Shown: positions 1 to 8,940, numbered from the stretch's first letter. The stretch: DNA of 40,617 bases from Candidatus Dojkabacteria bacterium (GCA_016927655.1 JAFGMG010000012.1:1-40617), one strand, 5' to 3'. Made by a program: numbers and translations. Notes: a model not told the origin generated them from the letters alone.

Positions 1-132
1 CAGTCCTTCTACTCCATTCTGACTGCTGTATATTTCATAGTCTTCCTCCACCTTTCTGTCCCACGACGCTATCAGGGTCTTGATCCCTTCTCTGATTGCA
101 TAATCATCGTCTATTAGGACTATTCTTTTCAT
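1..132 (-). CDS. Response regulator receiver-domain protein, N-terminal part (runs off window)
   Basis: Manual translation from ATG at 132: MKRIVLIDDDYAIREGIKTLIASWDRKVEEDYEIYSSQNGVEGL, a typical REC N-terminus (hhhIDDD...R...NG.EGL). Not in the ORF track. Confidence 0.85.
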   Translation of the reverse strand, partial: MKRIVLIDDDYAIREGIKTLIASWDRKVEEDYEIYSSQNGVEGL

Positions 133-206
133 TTTCACACTTTAAAATATGGATATAGACAAGATAACAGAACCATTTCCTGCCGTAAAGGGATTTATCG
201 ATTTTT

Positions 207-3200
207 TTAACCGCATTTTGAAAATCCGCATCCCCTGCATAGAATACATCCCTCAGCATATTCGAGATCACCTCCGCATTCCGGGCATTCCATTAGATCC
301 CCAGTCATATTTTTTGTTGTGTATTTAGAGGAAGCCTCGATTACAGGCTTTGTGGGCGCAATCGTTTCAGCAATCACAGCATCATCTGCTGCCATTTCTT
401 CGATTTCTTCAGTCTTTTCATCTTTGCTTTTTTCAAACATTTTCAATTGCTCCTTCCGTTCATTCATATGTCTTTTTATAATTTTTGCAACTGCATCTGG
501 TACAGAATATACAAATACCCCTCCCTTATTCATCGTGGGCTGACCTGATCTTATTCCTAGCAGCTGTTTTATTATCTCATCAGTTTCGATTCCAGACCTG
601 AGCCCTAATGATACCAGTCTCCCAACTGCCTCCATAAATCCAGATGTAAAACTCCCGCTTTTGCCAACTCCCTGTAAAAATATTTCAAATGGTCCTACTT
701 CATCCTCATTAATCGTTACAAAAAGTCTTCCCTGATTTGTTTCAATCTTATATGTAAATCCCTTTACGACATCAGGTCTTTCTTTTGGTGTTCTTATCTG
801 GCGTGATTCTTCTTTGACCTGTACAATTTCTTTTTTCTTTTCAGCAGTCCCAACCTGAAGTGCAGCATCTTTACTTCCGTCTCTAAACACTGTGATCCCT
901 TTGCATCCAAGATCAAATGCCAATTCATAGACTTTTGCAATATCTCGCCAGGTTGCAGAAGCTGGCAGATTAATGGTCTTTGAAACAGCACTATCAACAT
1001 ACTTCTGAAACGCTGCCTGGATTTTCACATGCTGAGCAGGCTCAATTTCATGAGTTGTCACAAATATGTCAATCACATCATCTGGAATATTGTACTTATC
1101 TTTTATTTCAGATAAATGCTTTCCGTTTGCAATGTCTTTGATTAATTCCTCGCTGTGAAACCCTCGCTCTTTTGCAATTGATTCGAATAGATGTTCAATC
1201 ACTTCCTGATCAGCGCCGCCCATAGAATTTTTCCTCCTATAACCTAGTGCAAAAATCGGCTCTATTCCAGGATTACAATTTGCGATAATACTTACACTTC
1301 CAGTTGGAGCTATCGTTGTTGTTCTTGTATTGCGCATAAATTTAATTTTTGGATTTTGAGCCCATATTGAATTTTCAAATTCAGGGAAATTCCCTTTTTC
1401 TTCGCCTAGTTCTTCGCTAGCTTCATGTGCTTTTTGCTGTATAAATTTCATGATTTTCTCAGCTGCAATTTCAGCCTCATTTGACTTGTATGAAATGCCA
1501 AGCTTTATCAGAAAGTCCGCGTAACCCATCACTCCAAGTCCTACATTCCTTGTTCGAGTAGTCATTTCTTCAATTTCTCTTATTGGATAGTTATTAATAT
1601 CTATTATATTATCCAAAAACCGCACTCCAAGCTTTGTCACTTGTTCAAGCCTTTCCCAGTCAATTGTTTTTAATTTCTCTGGTAAATCCATATCCCTTAT
1701 CTTTGGATTTTCAAGATATGGGAATCCTTTTATAAATTTCGATACGTCGATATTTCCAAGATTGCATGTCTCGTATGGTATTAGAGGCTGCTCTCCGCAT
1801 GGATTTGTACTATCCATTTTGCCAAGTTCCGGCGTTGTATTCCCTTTCTCCGCAGTATCAATAAAGAACATTCCCGGATCTCCGCTAAGCCAGGCATGTT
1901 CAGCAATTTTTTGAAATAGTTCGCGCGCTTTTATTGTTTTGCATACTTCTCTGCTGTGGGGATCAATCAACTCCCATTCCTGATCCTCTTTGACAGCCTT
2001 CATGTATTTATTCGTAATACCAACTGAGATATTGTAATGAGAAAGCCCTTCCAAATCGTCTTTAACTCGTATAAAGTGCTCAATGTTTGGATGATCTACA
2101 TTTAAAATTGCCATTGAACCTAATCCTCTTCCTCCTCGGCCCTTTATAGTATCTTGGGCACGGTTAAACATCTTCAAATATTCAATTGGACCCGCAGCTT
2201 TCTCTCCTGTTGTTTTGACAATTGCATAGGTACTGCGAATTTTTGAGAAATTAAACCCAGTACCAACCCCGCGTCTTAGCATTTGAATGTTTTGATTCAA
2301 TGCCCCAAATATAGAATCAATTGAATCGTCTATTGGCAGGACGAGGCATTTTGACATTACAGAATCAGTCCCAAGTCCAGCATATATTAAAGTCCCTCCG
2401 CTCAAAAATTCGCCTGAATTCATTATTTCAAAAAATTCTTTCTCATATCTCCTGGCTTTTCTTCCATCATATTTTGTTTCCGCCCCTGCCACATACCTTG
2501 CAATTCTTTTCCAAAGCTCATCTGGTGTTTCAATCACATTTCCATTATCGTCTTTTTTGAGTGCCCGTTTTTCTAGTACCTGATATGCATTTGGCGTTAA
2601 TTCATATGTATCTGTGTATTTAAATTCGCTTTCTTCCTTTTTCACAGATTCCACTTGTTTTTTGTCGGTACTATTTTCAAGTACCTGCATCTGCTTGCTT
2701 CCATCGCGGTAAATCGTAATTCCCTTGCAGCCGGTTTCCCAGGCTTGTATATATGATTTCCTCACATCCTCAACAGTTGCATCATTTGGAAGATTTATTG
2801 TTTTTGAAACCGCTGCATCAACAAATTTCTGTGCTGCTGATTGAATTTTTACGTGCCATTCAGGGCTTACATCATGAGTGGTGACAAATATTTTCTTTGC
2901 TTCATCTGGGACCTCATCAAGCCCTGCAAGTGAGCCGTTATTTTCAGCAATTTTCTCCATCAATTCCTTCGAGTAGAATTTGTGTTTTTTTGCATAGGCT
3001 TCGAATTGCTCGTTAACGTAGAGTAACTGCTTATGATCTTCTTTGCCGTCATCCTGGTAGAATCCCCTGTATTTATACACTAATGAAAATACCGGCTCGA
3101 TCCCGCTTGATGTGTTTGCAATCAGGCTGAGTGTGCCTGTTGGAGCAATTGAGCTCATAGTGGCATTGCGCACTTTTTTCCCTTCTTTTTCCCATTTACT

Positions 3201-4463
3201 ATTTTTAAACCCCGGAAAAGTCCCTCTATTTTTAGCAAGTGTGATTGATGCTTTTTCAGCTTCTTCCTGGACAAATTTCATTATTTTTGTTGTCAAATCA
3301 ATTGCCTCGTCGCTGTTGTATGGTATTTTCATCTCGAAAAACAATGTAGCAAGACCTACCAAACCAAGACCAAGCTTTCTTGTCTTTTCAACCTCACGCT
3401 TTATCTTTTCAAGAGGATATACGCTTAAATCGATCATATTGTCTAGAATATTTATCGCTTTGTGAGTTGAATCTTTTAGCTTGTCCCAGTCAATTTGTCC
3501 TTTTGAATCCAAATGCGATGGCAGTACAATAGATCCAAGATTGCATGATTCATAAGCTCTTAATGGCTCCTCACCGCAAGGGTTCGTCGCTTCTATCACC
3601 CCAATCTCAGGTGTCGGATTAGCTCTCTGCGCTGTATCAAGAAAAAATAATCCTGGATCCGCACATTCCCATGCGCTCTGGCATATTTTATCAAATACAT
3701 CTCTAGCTCTTAATTTATCTACCACTTCGTCATTTCTTGGGTTTATCAATTCATATTCTTCATCGTTTTTTACCGCGTTCATAAATATATCGGTAATTCC
3801 TACCGATAGATTGAAATTTCTGATTACAGATTCCCCAGACTTCAAATCAATAAAATCTAAAATATCTGGATGATTTACGTTCAAAATACCCATATTCCCA
3901 CCTCCGCGCTTTTTCCCCTGCAATATATGATCAAAAGATTGAGAATAACTTCTTATAAAATGAATCGGGCCTGCAGCTACATTTGGAGTTCCCCCGACAC
4001 TGTCACCCTTTGGACGAATATGCGAAAAATTAAATCCCGTACCTCCGTTATTTTTCTGAACTATAGCGGCTTCTTTCATTGTCTGAAAAATACTATCAAG
4101 ACCATCCTCAACGGGTAATACAAAGCATGACGCAAGCTGTCCTGTGCCATCTATATAATTTCCTGCTTCGTAAAGAACCCTAGCTCCCGGAAGAAACTTA
4201 TTTCTGCTCATCAGATCATAAAACTCTTTTGCTTTTTTGTTTATTTCAAGCATAGAAAATCCGTTTTTTCTTTCTTCAAGTGCGAAAGAAGCCGCTACTC
4301 TCCAAAACATTTCCTTTGGACCTTCAAGAAAATCGCCCTTTTCGTTTTTTAGGAAGCTGCGTTTCTTCATGATTTCAAGTGTGTTTTTGGATATATTTGG
4401 CTTCTCCAGCTCCTTTGGCGGATTTTTTATAAATTCAAGCTCGTCTTTCGTATATTTTTTCAT
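207..4463 (-). CDS. nrdJ: Class II (adenosylcobalamin) ribonucleotide reductase with two tandem catalytic barrels plus C-terminal TSCPD-like domain and Cys-rich tail
   Basis: Barrel A (~aa 20-600): LASCFV, NPCGEEPL, ESCNLGS, SIAPTGT, AVSKTIN, KGITIYRDGSK. Barrel B (~aa 621-1200): SKCLV, NPCGEQPL, ETCNLGN, TIAPTGS, AVSKTIN, KGITVFRDGSK. C-terminus CPECGG...GCILCRGCGFSKCG. No class I YY pair; no ATP cone. Confidence 0.93.
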   Translation of the reverse strand: MKKYTKDELEFIKNPPKELEKPNISKNTLEIMKKRSFLKNEKGDFLEGPKEMFWRVAASFALEERKNGFSMLEINKKAKEFYDLMSRNKFLPGARVLYEAGNYIDGTGQLASCFVLPVEDGLDSIFQTMKEAAIVQKNNGGTGFNFSHIRPKGDSVGGTPNVAAGPIHFIRSYSQSFDHILQGKKRGGGNMGILNVNHPDILDFIDLKSGESVIRNFNLSVGITDIFMNAVKNDEEYELINPRNDEVVDKLRARDVFDKICQSAWECADPGLFFLDTAQRANPTPEIGVIEATNPCGEEPLRAYESCNLGSIVLPSHLDSKGQIDWDKLKDSTHKAINILDNMIDLSVYPLEKIKREVEKTRKLGLGLVGLATLFFEMKIPYNSDEAIDLTTKIMKFVQEEAEKASITLAKNRGTFPGFKNSKWEKEGKKVRNATMSSIAPTGTLSLIANTSSGIEPVFSLVYKYRGFYQDDGKEDHKQLLYVNEQFEAYAKKHKFYSKELMEKIAENNGSLAGLDEVPDEAKKIFVTTHDVSPEWHVKIQSAAQKFVDAAVSKTINLPNDATVEDVRKSYIQAWETGCKGITIYRDGSKQMQVLENSTDKKQVESVKKEESEFKYTDTYELTPNAYQVLEKRALKKDDNGNVIETPDELWKRIARYVAGAETKYDGRKARRYEKEFFEIMNSGEFLSGGTLIYAGLGTDSVMSKCLVLPIDDSIDSIFGALNQNIQMLRRGVGTGFNFSKIRSTYAIVKTTGEKAAGPIEYLKMFNRAQDTIKGRGGRGLGSMAILNVDHPNIEHFIRVKDDLEGLSHYNISVGITNKYMKAVKEDQEWELIDPHSREVCKTIKARELFQKIAEHAWLSGDPGMFFIDTAEKGNTTPELGKMDSTNPCGEQPLIPYETCNLGNIDVSKFIKGFPYLENPKIRDMDLPEKLKTIDWERLEQVTKLGVRFLDNIIDINNYPIREIEEMTTRTRNVGLGVMGYADFLIKLGISYKSNEAEIAAEKIMKFIQQKAHEASEELGEEKGNFPEFENSIWAQNPKIKFMRNTRTTTIAPTGSVSIIANCNPGIEPIFALGYRRKNSMGGADQEVIEHLFESIAKERGFHSEELIKDIANGKHLSEIKDKYNIPDDVIDIFVTTHEIEPAQHVKIQAAFQKYVDSAVSKTINLPASATWRDIAKVYELAFDLGCKGITVFRDGSKDAALQVGTAEKKKEIVQVKEESRQIRTPKERPDVVKGFTYKIETNQGRLFVTINEDEVGPFEIFLQGVGKSGSFTSGFMEAVGRLVSLGLRSGIETDEIIKQLLGIRSGQPTMNKGGVFVYSVPDAVAKIIKRHMNERKEQLKMFEKSKDEKTEEIEEMAADDAVIAETIAPTKPVIEASSKYTTKNMTGDLMECPECGGDLEYAEGCILCRGCGFSKCG

Positions 4464-4486
4464 AAGTGTTCCTTTTGATAGATTAG

Positions 4487-4897
4487 TTATTTCCTAAATG
4501 CGGCCTTTAGAATTTCATCTGTGCCCCTGAGCAGCGGGACATTTTTCAAATTTGAGATCGGGAACCATCCGACATCAAGAATGTCATCATGATCATCCAG
4601 GTTCATCAATTTCTCGCTTTTTGTCTGGGCAATGTAGTGAATAAGTGTCAATTGTTTATCCTTCTCATATAAATAACTTTGAATTACAGGCAGCAATTTC
4701 AAATCAACAATTTTTATTCCAATTTCTTCTTTGCATCTTCTAACTAATGTTTCCTCAGGATGCTCTCCAAACTGTATAATTCCTCCCGGCAGCGCCCACT
4801 TTTTGTGAAATTTCGGGTTCGGATCATTTCTCTGCTGCAAGATCACATTATTGTTTTTTACGATAACTCCAAAGCTGCCCCATAACTGCTGTTGCAC
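4487..4897 (-). CDS. Nudix-family protein (variant Nudix box)
   Basis: WALPGG followed by GIIQFGEHPEETLVRRCKEEIGI, i.e. GX5EX7R(E>R)UXEEXGU. GTG start; an in-frame stop lies 7 codons upstream. Confidence 0.85.
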   Translation of the reverse strand: MQQQLWGSFGVIVKNNNVILQQRNDPNPKFHKKWALPGGIIQFGEHPEETLVRRCKEEIGIKIVDLKLLPVIQSYLYEKDKQLTLIHYIAQTKSEKLMNLDDHDDILDVGWFPISNLKNVPLLRGTDEILKAAFRK

Positions 4898-4994
4898 TTT
4901 GATCTGGATAAGAATTTATATTTTTCCGTTCAGTCACAACTAGTGACCCATCAGGCTTAATCGTTATTATTGTTACTTGTTTTTCGCCATTCAT
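4848..4994 (-). CDS. Possible 48-aa small ORF (or frameshifted N-terminus of the Nudix gene)
   Basis: ATG 9 nt after the nrdJ (5004) stop: MNGEKQVTIITIKPDGSLVVTERKNINSYPDQSATAVMGQLWSYRKKQ*. It fills the gap in the operon and overlaps the Nudix start by 50 nt. Confidence 0.35.
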   Translation of the reverse strand: MNGEKQVTIITIKPDGSLVVTERKNINSYPDQSATAVMGQLWSYRKKQ

Positions 4995-5003
4995 TTTTAT
5001 GAT

Positions 5004-6764
5004 CTATTTTTTTAGATTTAAAACCTGTTTGTCACGACTTTTATCTCTATAAATTGTCAAACCTTTCAGGTGTTGATCAATCGCAAGATAAAATGCTTTT
5101 TCAATATCTTCGACTGTTGATTTCTCAGGTAAATTAATTGTTTTTGAAACAGCATTATCTGTATATTTCTGAAATGCTCCCTGCATCTTTATGTGCCACT
5201 CTGGAGCAATATCATAAGAAACTACAAATATTTTTTTAATTTCTTCCGGCATTTCATCTATATTTTGCAATGTGCCTTCTTTTGCAATTTTTTCCATGAT
5301 TTCCTGCGAATACATCCAGTCCTTTTTCAGTCTTTTTTCTAATATTGCATTTGTCATTATCATTTCTGTTTCTGCTCCAACTGTTTCCATATTTTTGCGT
5401 ACATAGGCAAGTGCAAAAACCGGCTCAATTCCTCCATTTACATCTGCAACAAGTGATGTTGTGCCATTTGGTGCAATAGTTGTTACCGTTGCATTTCTCA
5501 TATGCTTGTAGCCTTTTTTGTCCCACCTGGAGCCTTTGAAATTCCCAAAATCTCCCTTTTGTTCTCCAAGCTCCTGTGATGCTTCGTGTGATTTTTCCTG
5601 GATGAATTTCATAACTTTTCTGGCAAGAACCAATGCTTCTTCGCTGTCATATGGAATTTCAAGTAAATAAAGTAAATCAGCCCAGCCCATAACTCCAATT
5701 CCCACTTTTCTGTTTCCATATTTGACCATTTGCTCAATCTCAGGTAATAAATGCTTTGAGACTGTGATTGTATTGTCTAGAAACCTAACGCCTGTTTTGA
5801 CAACGTATTCAAGTCTATCCCAGTCAATCCTGCCACCATTGTAGAATTTAGAAAGGACAACTGAACCTAAATTGCATGCCTCATATGGAAGCAGAGGCTG
5901 CTCACCGCATTGGTTTGTCGCAGTCATTTTCCCGACGTTTGGTGTTGGATTTGTACGATTTACCTCATCGATAAATATAAATCCCGGCTCTCCGCTTCTA
6001 TATATCGAATCTGTTATCTCACGAAGCAGCTTTTTTGGATCAATTTCGCGATATATTTTCCCGCCAAATTCCAGTTCAAAAGTTTTTCTTTCTTTGAGGG
6101 CCTCTACAAATTTATCTGTAATTGCAATGGAAATATTGAAATTTGTCAGCTGCGAATAATCCTGCTTTGCACTTATAAACTTCTCAATATCAGGATGATC
6201 TATCCGCAAAATTCCCATATGACCTGCATGCCTTTGAGACCCGCGGTTCATGATTGTTTCAGATGAAAAGTCGTACAACCTCATAAATGAAATTGGTCCG
6301 CTTGCTTCTCTGCCAGTTGAATGTACTTTTTCACCCTCCGGCCTGACTTCTGACCAGTCGTAGCCGATACCGGCTCCACGCCTGTGAAGAGTAGTTGTAT
6401 TTGCCAAAGTTGTATAAATTGACTCAACTGAATCATGGATAGGCATTACATAGCATGCTGCAACCAGCTCTTCGCGCCCACGATCCAGCAGACTCATACC
6501 GGATAGAAATTCAAGATTTGCCTGAATTTCATAAAAATCATCTTCAATTTTCTCTAATTCATTTTTATTTGGTGCTTTGTAGCCTTTTTTCTTGTCACTC
6601 AGATCTTTTTCTCCCGATGCAATAAATTCTGATACTCTTTTGAATAAATCCGATATACTTTCCTTTGGATTACCAGATTCGTCAACTTTTAAATATCTCT
6701 TAGCGGCAATAAATCTTGCATTCTGGCTCAAATTTGGTTTTAGTGAAAATCTACTGTTTTTCAA
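5004..6764 (-). CDS. nrdJ: Class II ribonucleotide reductase, single catalytic barrel lacking the C-terminal Cys tail (NrdJa-like)
   Basis: AACYV, NQCGEQPL, EACNLGS, TIAPNGT, DNAVSKTIN, KGLTIYRDKSR; ends at KQVLNLKK. Confidence 0.9.
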   Translation of the reverse strand: MKNSRFSLKPNLSQNARFIAAKRYLKVDESGNPKESISDLFKRVSEFIASGEKDLSDKKKGYKAPNKNELEKIEDDFYEIQANLEFLSGMSLLDRGREELVAACYVMPIHDSVESIYTTLANTTTLHRRGAGIGYDWSEVRPEGEKVHSTGREASGPISFMRLYDFSSETIMNRGSQRHAGHMGILRIDHPDIEKFISAKQDYSQLTNFNISIAITDKFVEALKERKTFELEFGGKIYREIDPKKLLREITDSIYRSGEPGFIFIDEVNRTNPTPNVGKMTATNQCGEQPLLPYEACNLGSVVLSKFYNGGRIDWDRLEYVVKTGVRFLDNTITVSKHLLPEIEQMVKYGNRKVGIGVMGWADLLYLLEIPYDSEEALVLARKVMKFIQEKSHEASQELGEQKGDFGNFKGSRWDKKGYKHMRNATVTTIAPNGTTSLVADVNGGIEPVFALAYVRKNMETVGAETEMIMTNAILEKRLKKDWMYSQEIMEKIAKEGTLQNIDEMPEEIKKIFVVSYDIAPEWHIKMQGAFQKYTDNAVSKTINLPEKSTVEDIEKAFYLAIDQHLKGLTIYRDKSRDKQVLNLKK

Positions 6765-7203
6765 GTTCGGCTATTTCTTTTTTAAAATCGTTAATTGAAT
6801 TGAAATCGCGGTAAACAGATGCGAATAGTAAATATCCAACTGAATCCAGCTTTCTAAGTCTGGTCAGCACCATCTTTCCTATATCGGTTGATTTAACCTG
6901 GGTCGTTCTTCTGTTTAACAATCTAAGCTCTATATCATCTATCAGCTCTTCAATTTGTTCGTCATTTATGGGTCTCTTTTTGACTGCCTTTAAAACACCT
7001 TTTTTTAACTTCTCTCTGTCAAATTCCTGCAATCTCCCTGATCTTTTCTCAACCATCAAAGATATATTTTGAATTCGCTCATAAGTTGTAAACCTTTTAC
7101 CACAATCCAGGCACTCCCGCCTTCTCCTTGTTGCGCTGGTTTCATCGTTATCCCTTTTATCAACTACTTTATTCTCTTTTGATTTGCAATATGGGCAAAG
7201 CAA
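6751..7203 (-). CDS. nrdR: Transcriptional repressor NrdR
   Basis: CPYC...RRRRECLDCGKRFTTYER Zn ribbon plus ATP cone (VEKRSG..EFDREKL...FASVYRDF); TTG start. Confidence 0.97.
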   Translation of the reverse strand: MLCPYCKSKENKVVDKRDNDETSATRRRRECLDCGKRFTTYERIQNISLMVEKRSGRLQEFDREKLKKGVLKAVKKRPINDEQIEELIDDIELRLLNRRTTQVKSTDIGKMVLTRLRKLDSVGYLLFASVYRDFNSINDFKKEIAELEKQ

Positions 7204-7234
7204 TGCAGCGCTTTAACATTTAATTATTAACACG

Positions 7235-7243
7235 TTATCCACA
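7235..7243 (+). promoter_or_regulatory. DnaA box
   Basis: Exact TTATCCACA in the nrdR-nrdJ leader. Confidence 0.5.
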
Positions 7244-7407
7244 CTACATACACAAATATACACCGGTTATCTACCTACTAAACACAGCATTGTGCTATTT
7301 ATTAGCACAGTATACACATTTTCCTGGTGGGAACAGACAGTAATGAAAGAAAGCAATAAAAGTGCAATTCTTTTATCAATTTTGTATGTCTGCCCCTTGC
7401 ATACAAA

Positions 7408-7455
7408 CCACAATTTCTTGTGTGTGGAAACAGACTACATAACAACTCCTTGTAT
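7408..7455. promoter_or_regulatory. Tandem NrdR boxes
   Basis: CCACAATTTCTTGTGT (7408-7423) and TAACAACTCCTTGTAT (7440-7455) resemble acaCwAtATaTwGtgt and start 32 bp apart, the usual tandem spacing. Confidence 0.75.
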
Positions 7456-7460
7456 GTCAA
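7432..7460 (-). promoter_or_regulatory. Sigma70-type promoter of the nrdR-nrdJ operon
   Basis: TTGACA (7460-7455), 17 bp, TAGTCT (7437-7432); one NrdR box lies in the spacer and the other just downstream. Confidence 0.7.
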
Positions 7461-7586
7461 GAATATTCCCAAATTAGATTTCAGGGCATTCAATTGCATG
7501 TTTCATGCATCTTGTTTTAGAAAGTTGCTCAATATTTGATATTTTTTTTCTATCTTGTAGAATAAAGATACTTTTAGAAAAGGACG

Positions 7587-8939
7587 TTGCAAAAAGATTT
7601 AAACTGGATCCATTTCACTGGTATTGCAGGTGTAGCACTTGCTCCGCTTGCAATTGAGTTTCATAAGCTTGGCTATAAGGTCACAGGCAGTGATTTTGAA
7701 ATTTATGAGCCCATAAAAACACTTCTTGCTAATTCTAAAATTCCTGTTTTCGATGATTATTCTTACAAAAATATCCTAGAAGGTGATATTATCCCTGAAT
7801 TGATTGTTGCTGGAGCTGGAGTGAGCCCAAAAAATAAGGAACTGCTTTTTGCAAAGAAACACGATATCCAAATCAGACATTATGCCGAAATACTTGAAGA
7901 ACTTTTAATTGAAAAAGAGTCTATTGTTGTTGCAGGTACATATGCGAAGACAACAATAACTGCAATGATTGTTGGAATATTCAAAAATTTCAGCAAAGAA
8001 ATCAGCTTTATGTTTGGAGGGATACCTGTTGATGGATCGAATTCCGTTCATCTAAAGACTAGCAAGACGCTTCTGTCTGTTGTAGAAGGGGACGAATATA
8101 TTGCATCAAGATGGGATAAACGTTCTAAATTTTTCTTTTATCATCCAAAGTATCTTATTCTAACGGCTATAAACTGGGATCATACTGACGTTTTTACCTC
8201 AGAAAAAGATTACGTCGAGAATTTTAGAAGATTTATTGAGGAAATGCCGGAGGATGCCGTCATTTTTGCAAATTTTGCAGACAAAAATGTAGTTTCTGCC
8301 GTAAAAGATGCAAAATGTAAAGTAATCGAATTTAGACCTGAAGATTTATTAGAATGGGCGAAAAAATTTAAAATTGAAATATCAATACTTGGTTCTTTTA
8401 ATTTACTAAATGCCGCAATTGCTGCAAAATTTGCCAGCGAAGTGCTTGGAATTGATATTGAATGGGTGAAAATAGCTCTTAAGAATTTTCTTGGCATCAA
8501 AAGGCGTCTTGAAATCCGCTATTCAAGCGAAAATATTCGTATTATTGATGATTTCGCCAGTTCTCCTTCAAAGATCAAAGGCTCAATTGGCGCAATCAAA
8601 GACTCATTTCCAGATTGGAAATTTATTATTGTCTATGAGCCAAACACTGGCAATAGAACTAAAGCAGCCCTTAGTGAATTTAATAATGTTTTTGATTGCG
8701 CTGATATGGTTTTACTACCAAAATTCAAAAAGCTTATTAGCTCTCGTACTACCAAATTTCTTGATGAGAATGAATTTGCAAAGGGCCTAAAAAGCAAAAC
8801 GGAGGTTATTGTCCGCAATGATGATGAGGATCTTGTAAATACGATTTTTCAAGCCGCTAGAAATGAAAAGTCAGTTGTTGCTTTTTTATCCAGTCAGGCG
8901 ATGGAGGATAGAATTCAATTACTTATCTCTAAATACTGA
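7587..8939 (+). CDS. Mur ligase, MurC/Mpl family (divergent)
   Basis: HFTGIAGVA, VTGSD, VAGTYAKTT P-loop, VVEGDEY, INWDHTD, GIKRRLE, IIDDFA. Confidence 0.85.
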   Translation: MQKDLNWIHFTGIAGVALAPLAIEFHKLGYKVTGSDFEIYEPIKTLLANSKIPVFDDYSYKNILEGDIIPELIVAGAGVSPKNKELLFAKKHDIQIRHYAEILEELLIEKESIVVAGTYAKTTITAMIVGIFKNFSKEISFMFGGIPVDGSNSVHLKTSKTLLSVVEGDEYIASRWDKRSKFFFYHPKYLILTAINWDHTDVFTSEKDYVENFRRFIEEMPEDAVIFANFADKNVVSAVKDAKCKVIEFRPEDLLEWAKKFKIEISILGSFNLLNAAIAAKFASEVLGIDIEWVKIALKNFLGIKRRLEIRYSSENIRIIDDFASSPSKIKGSIGAIKDSFPDWKFIIVYEPNTGNRTKAALSEFNNVFDCADMVLLPKFKKLISSRTTKFLDENEFAKGLKSKTEVIVRNDDEDLVNTIFQAARNEKSVVAFLSSQAMEDRIQLLISKY

Positions 8940-8940
8940 T

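Noticed and set aside
207-6764. Inteins or introns explaining the long NrdJ
   Set aside because: The extra length is a second complete barrel; no intein C...HN boundaries or homing endonuclease motifs were seen.
7204-7430. Cobalamin riboswitch upstream of the B12-dependent RNRs
   Set aside because: No recognisable B12-box or conserved GGGAA/CCCGC core on the coding strand.
7292-7499. ORFs 7292..7477 (+) and 7302..7499 (-)
   Set aside because: They overlap the promoter and NrdR boxes and have non-protein-like composition.
7204-7586. Replication origin
   Set aside because: Only one perfect DnaA box plus weak matches; no dnaA/dnaN context.
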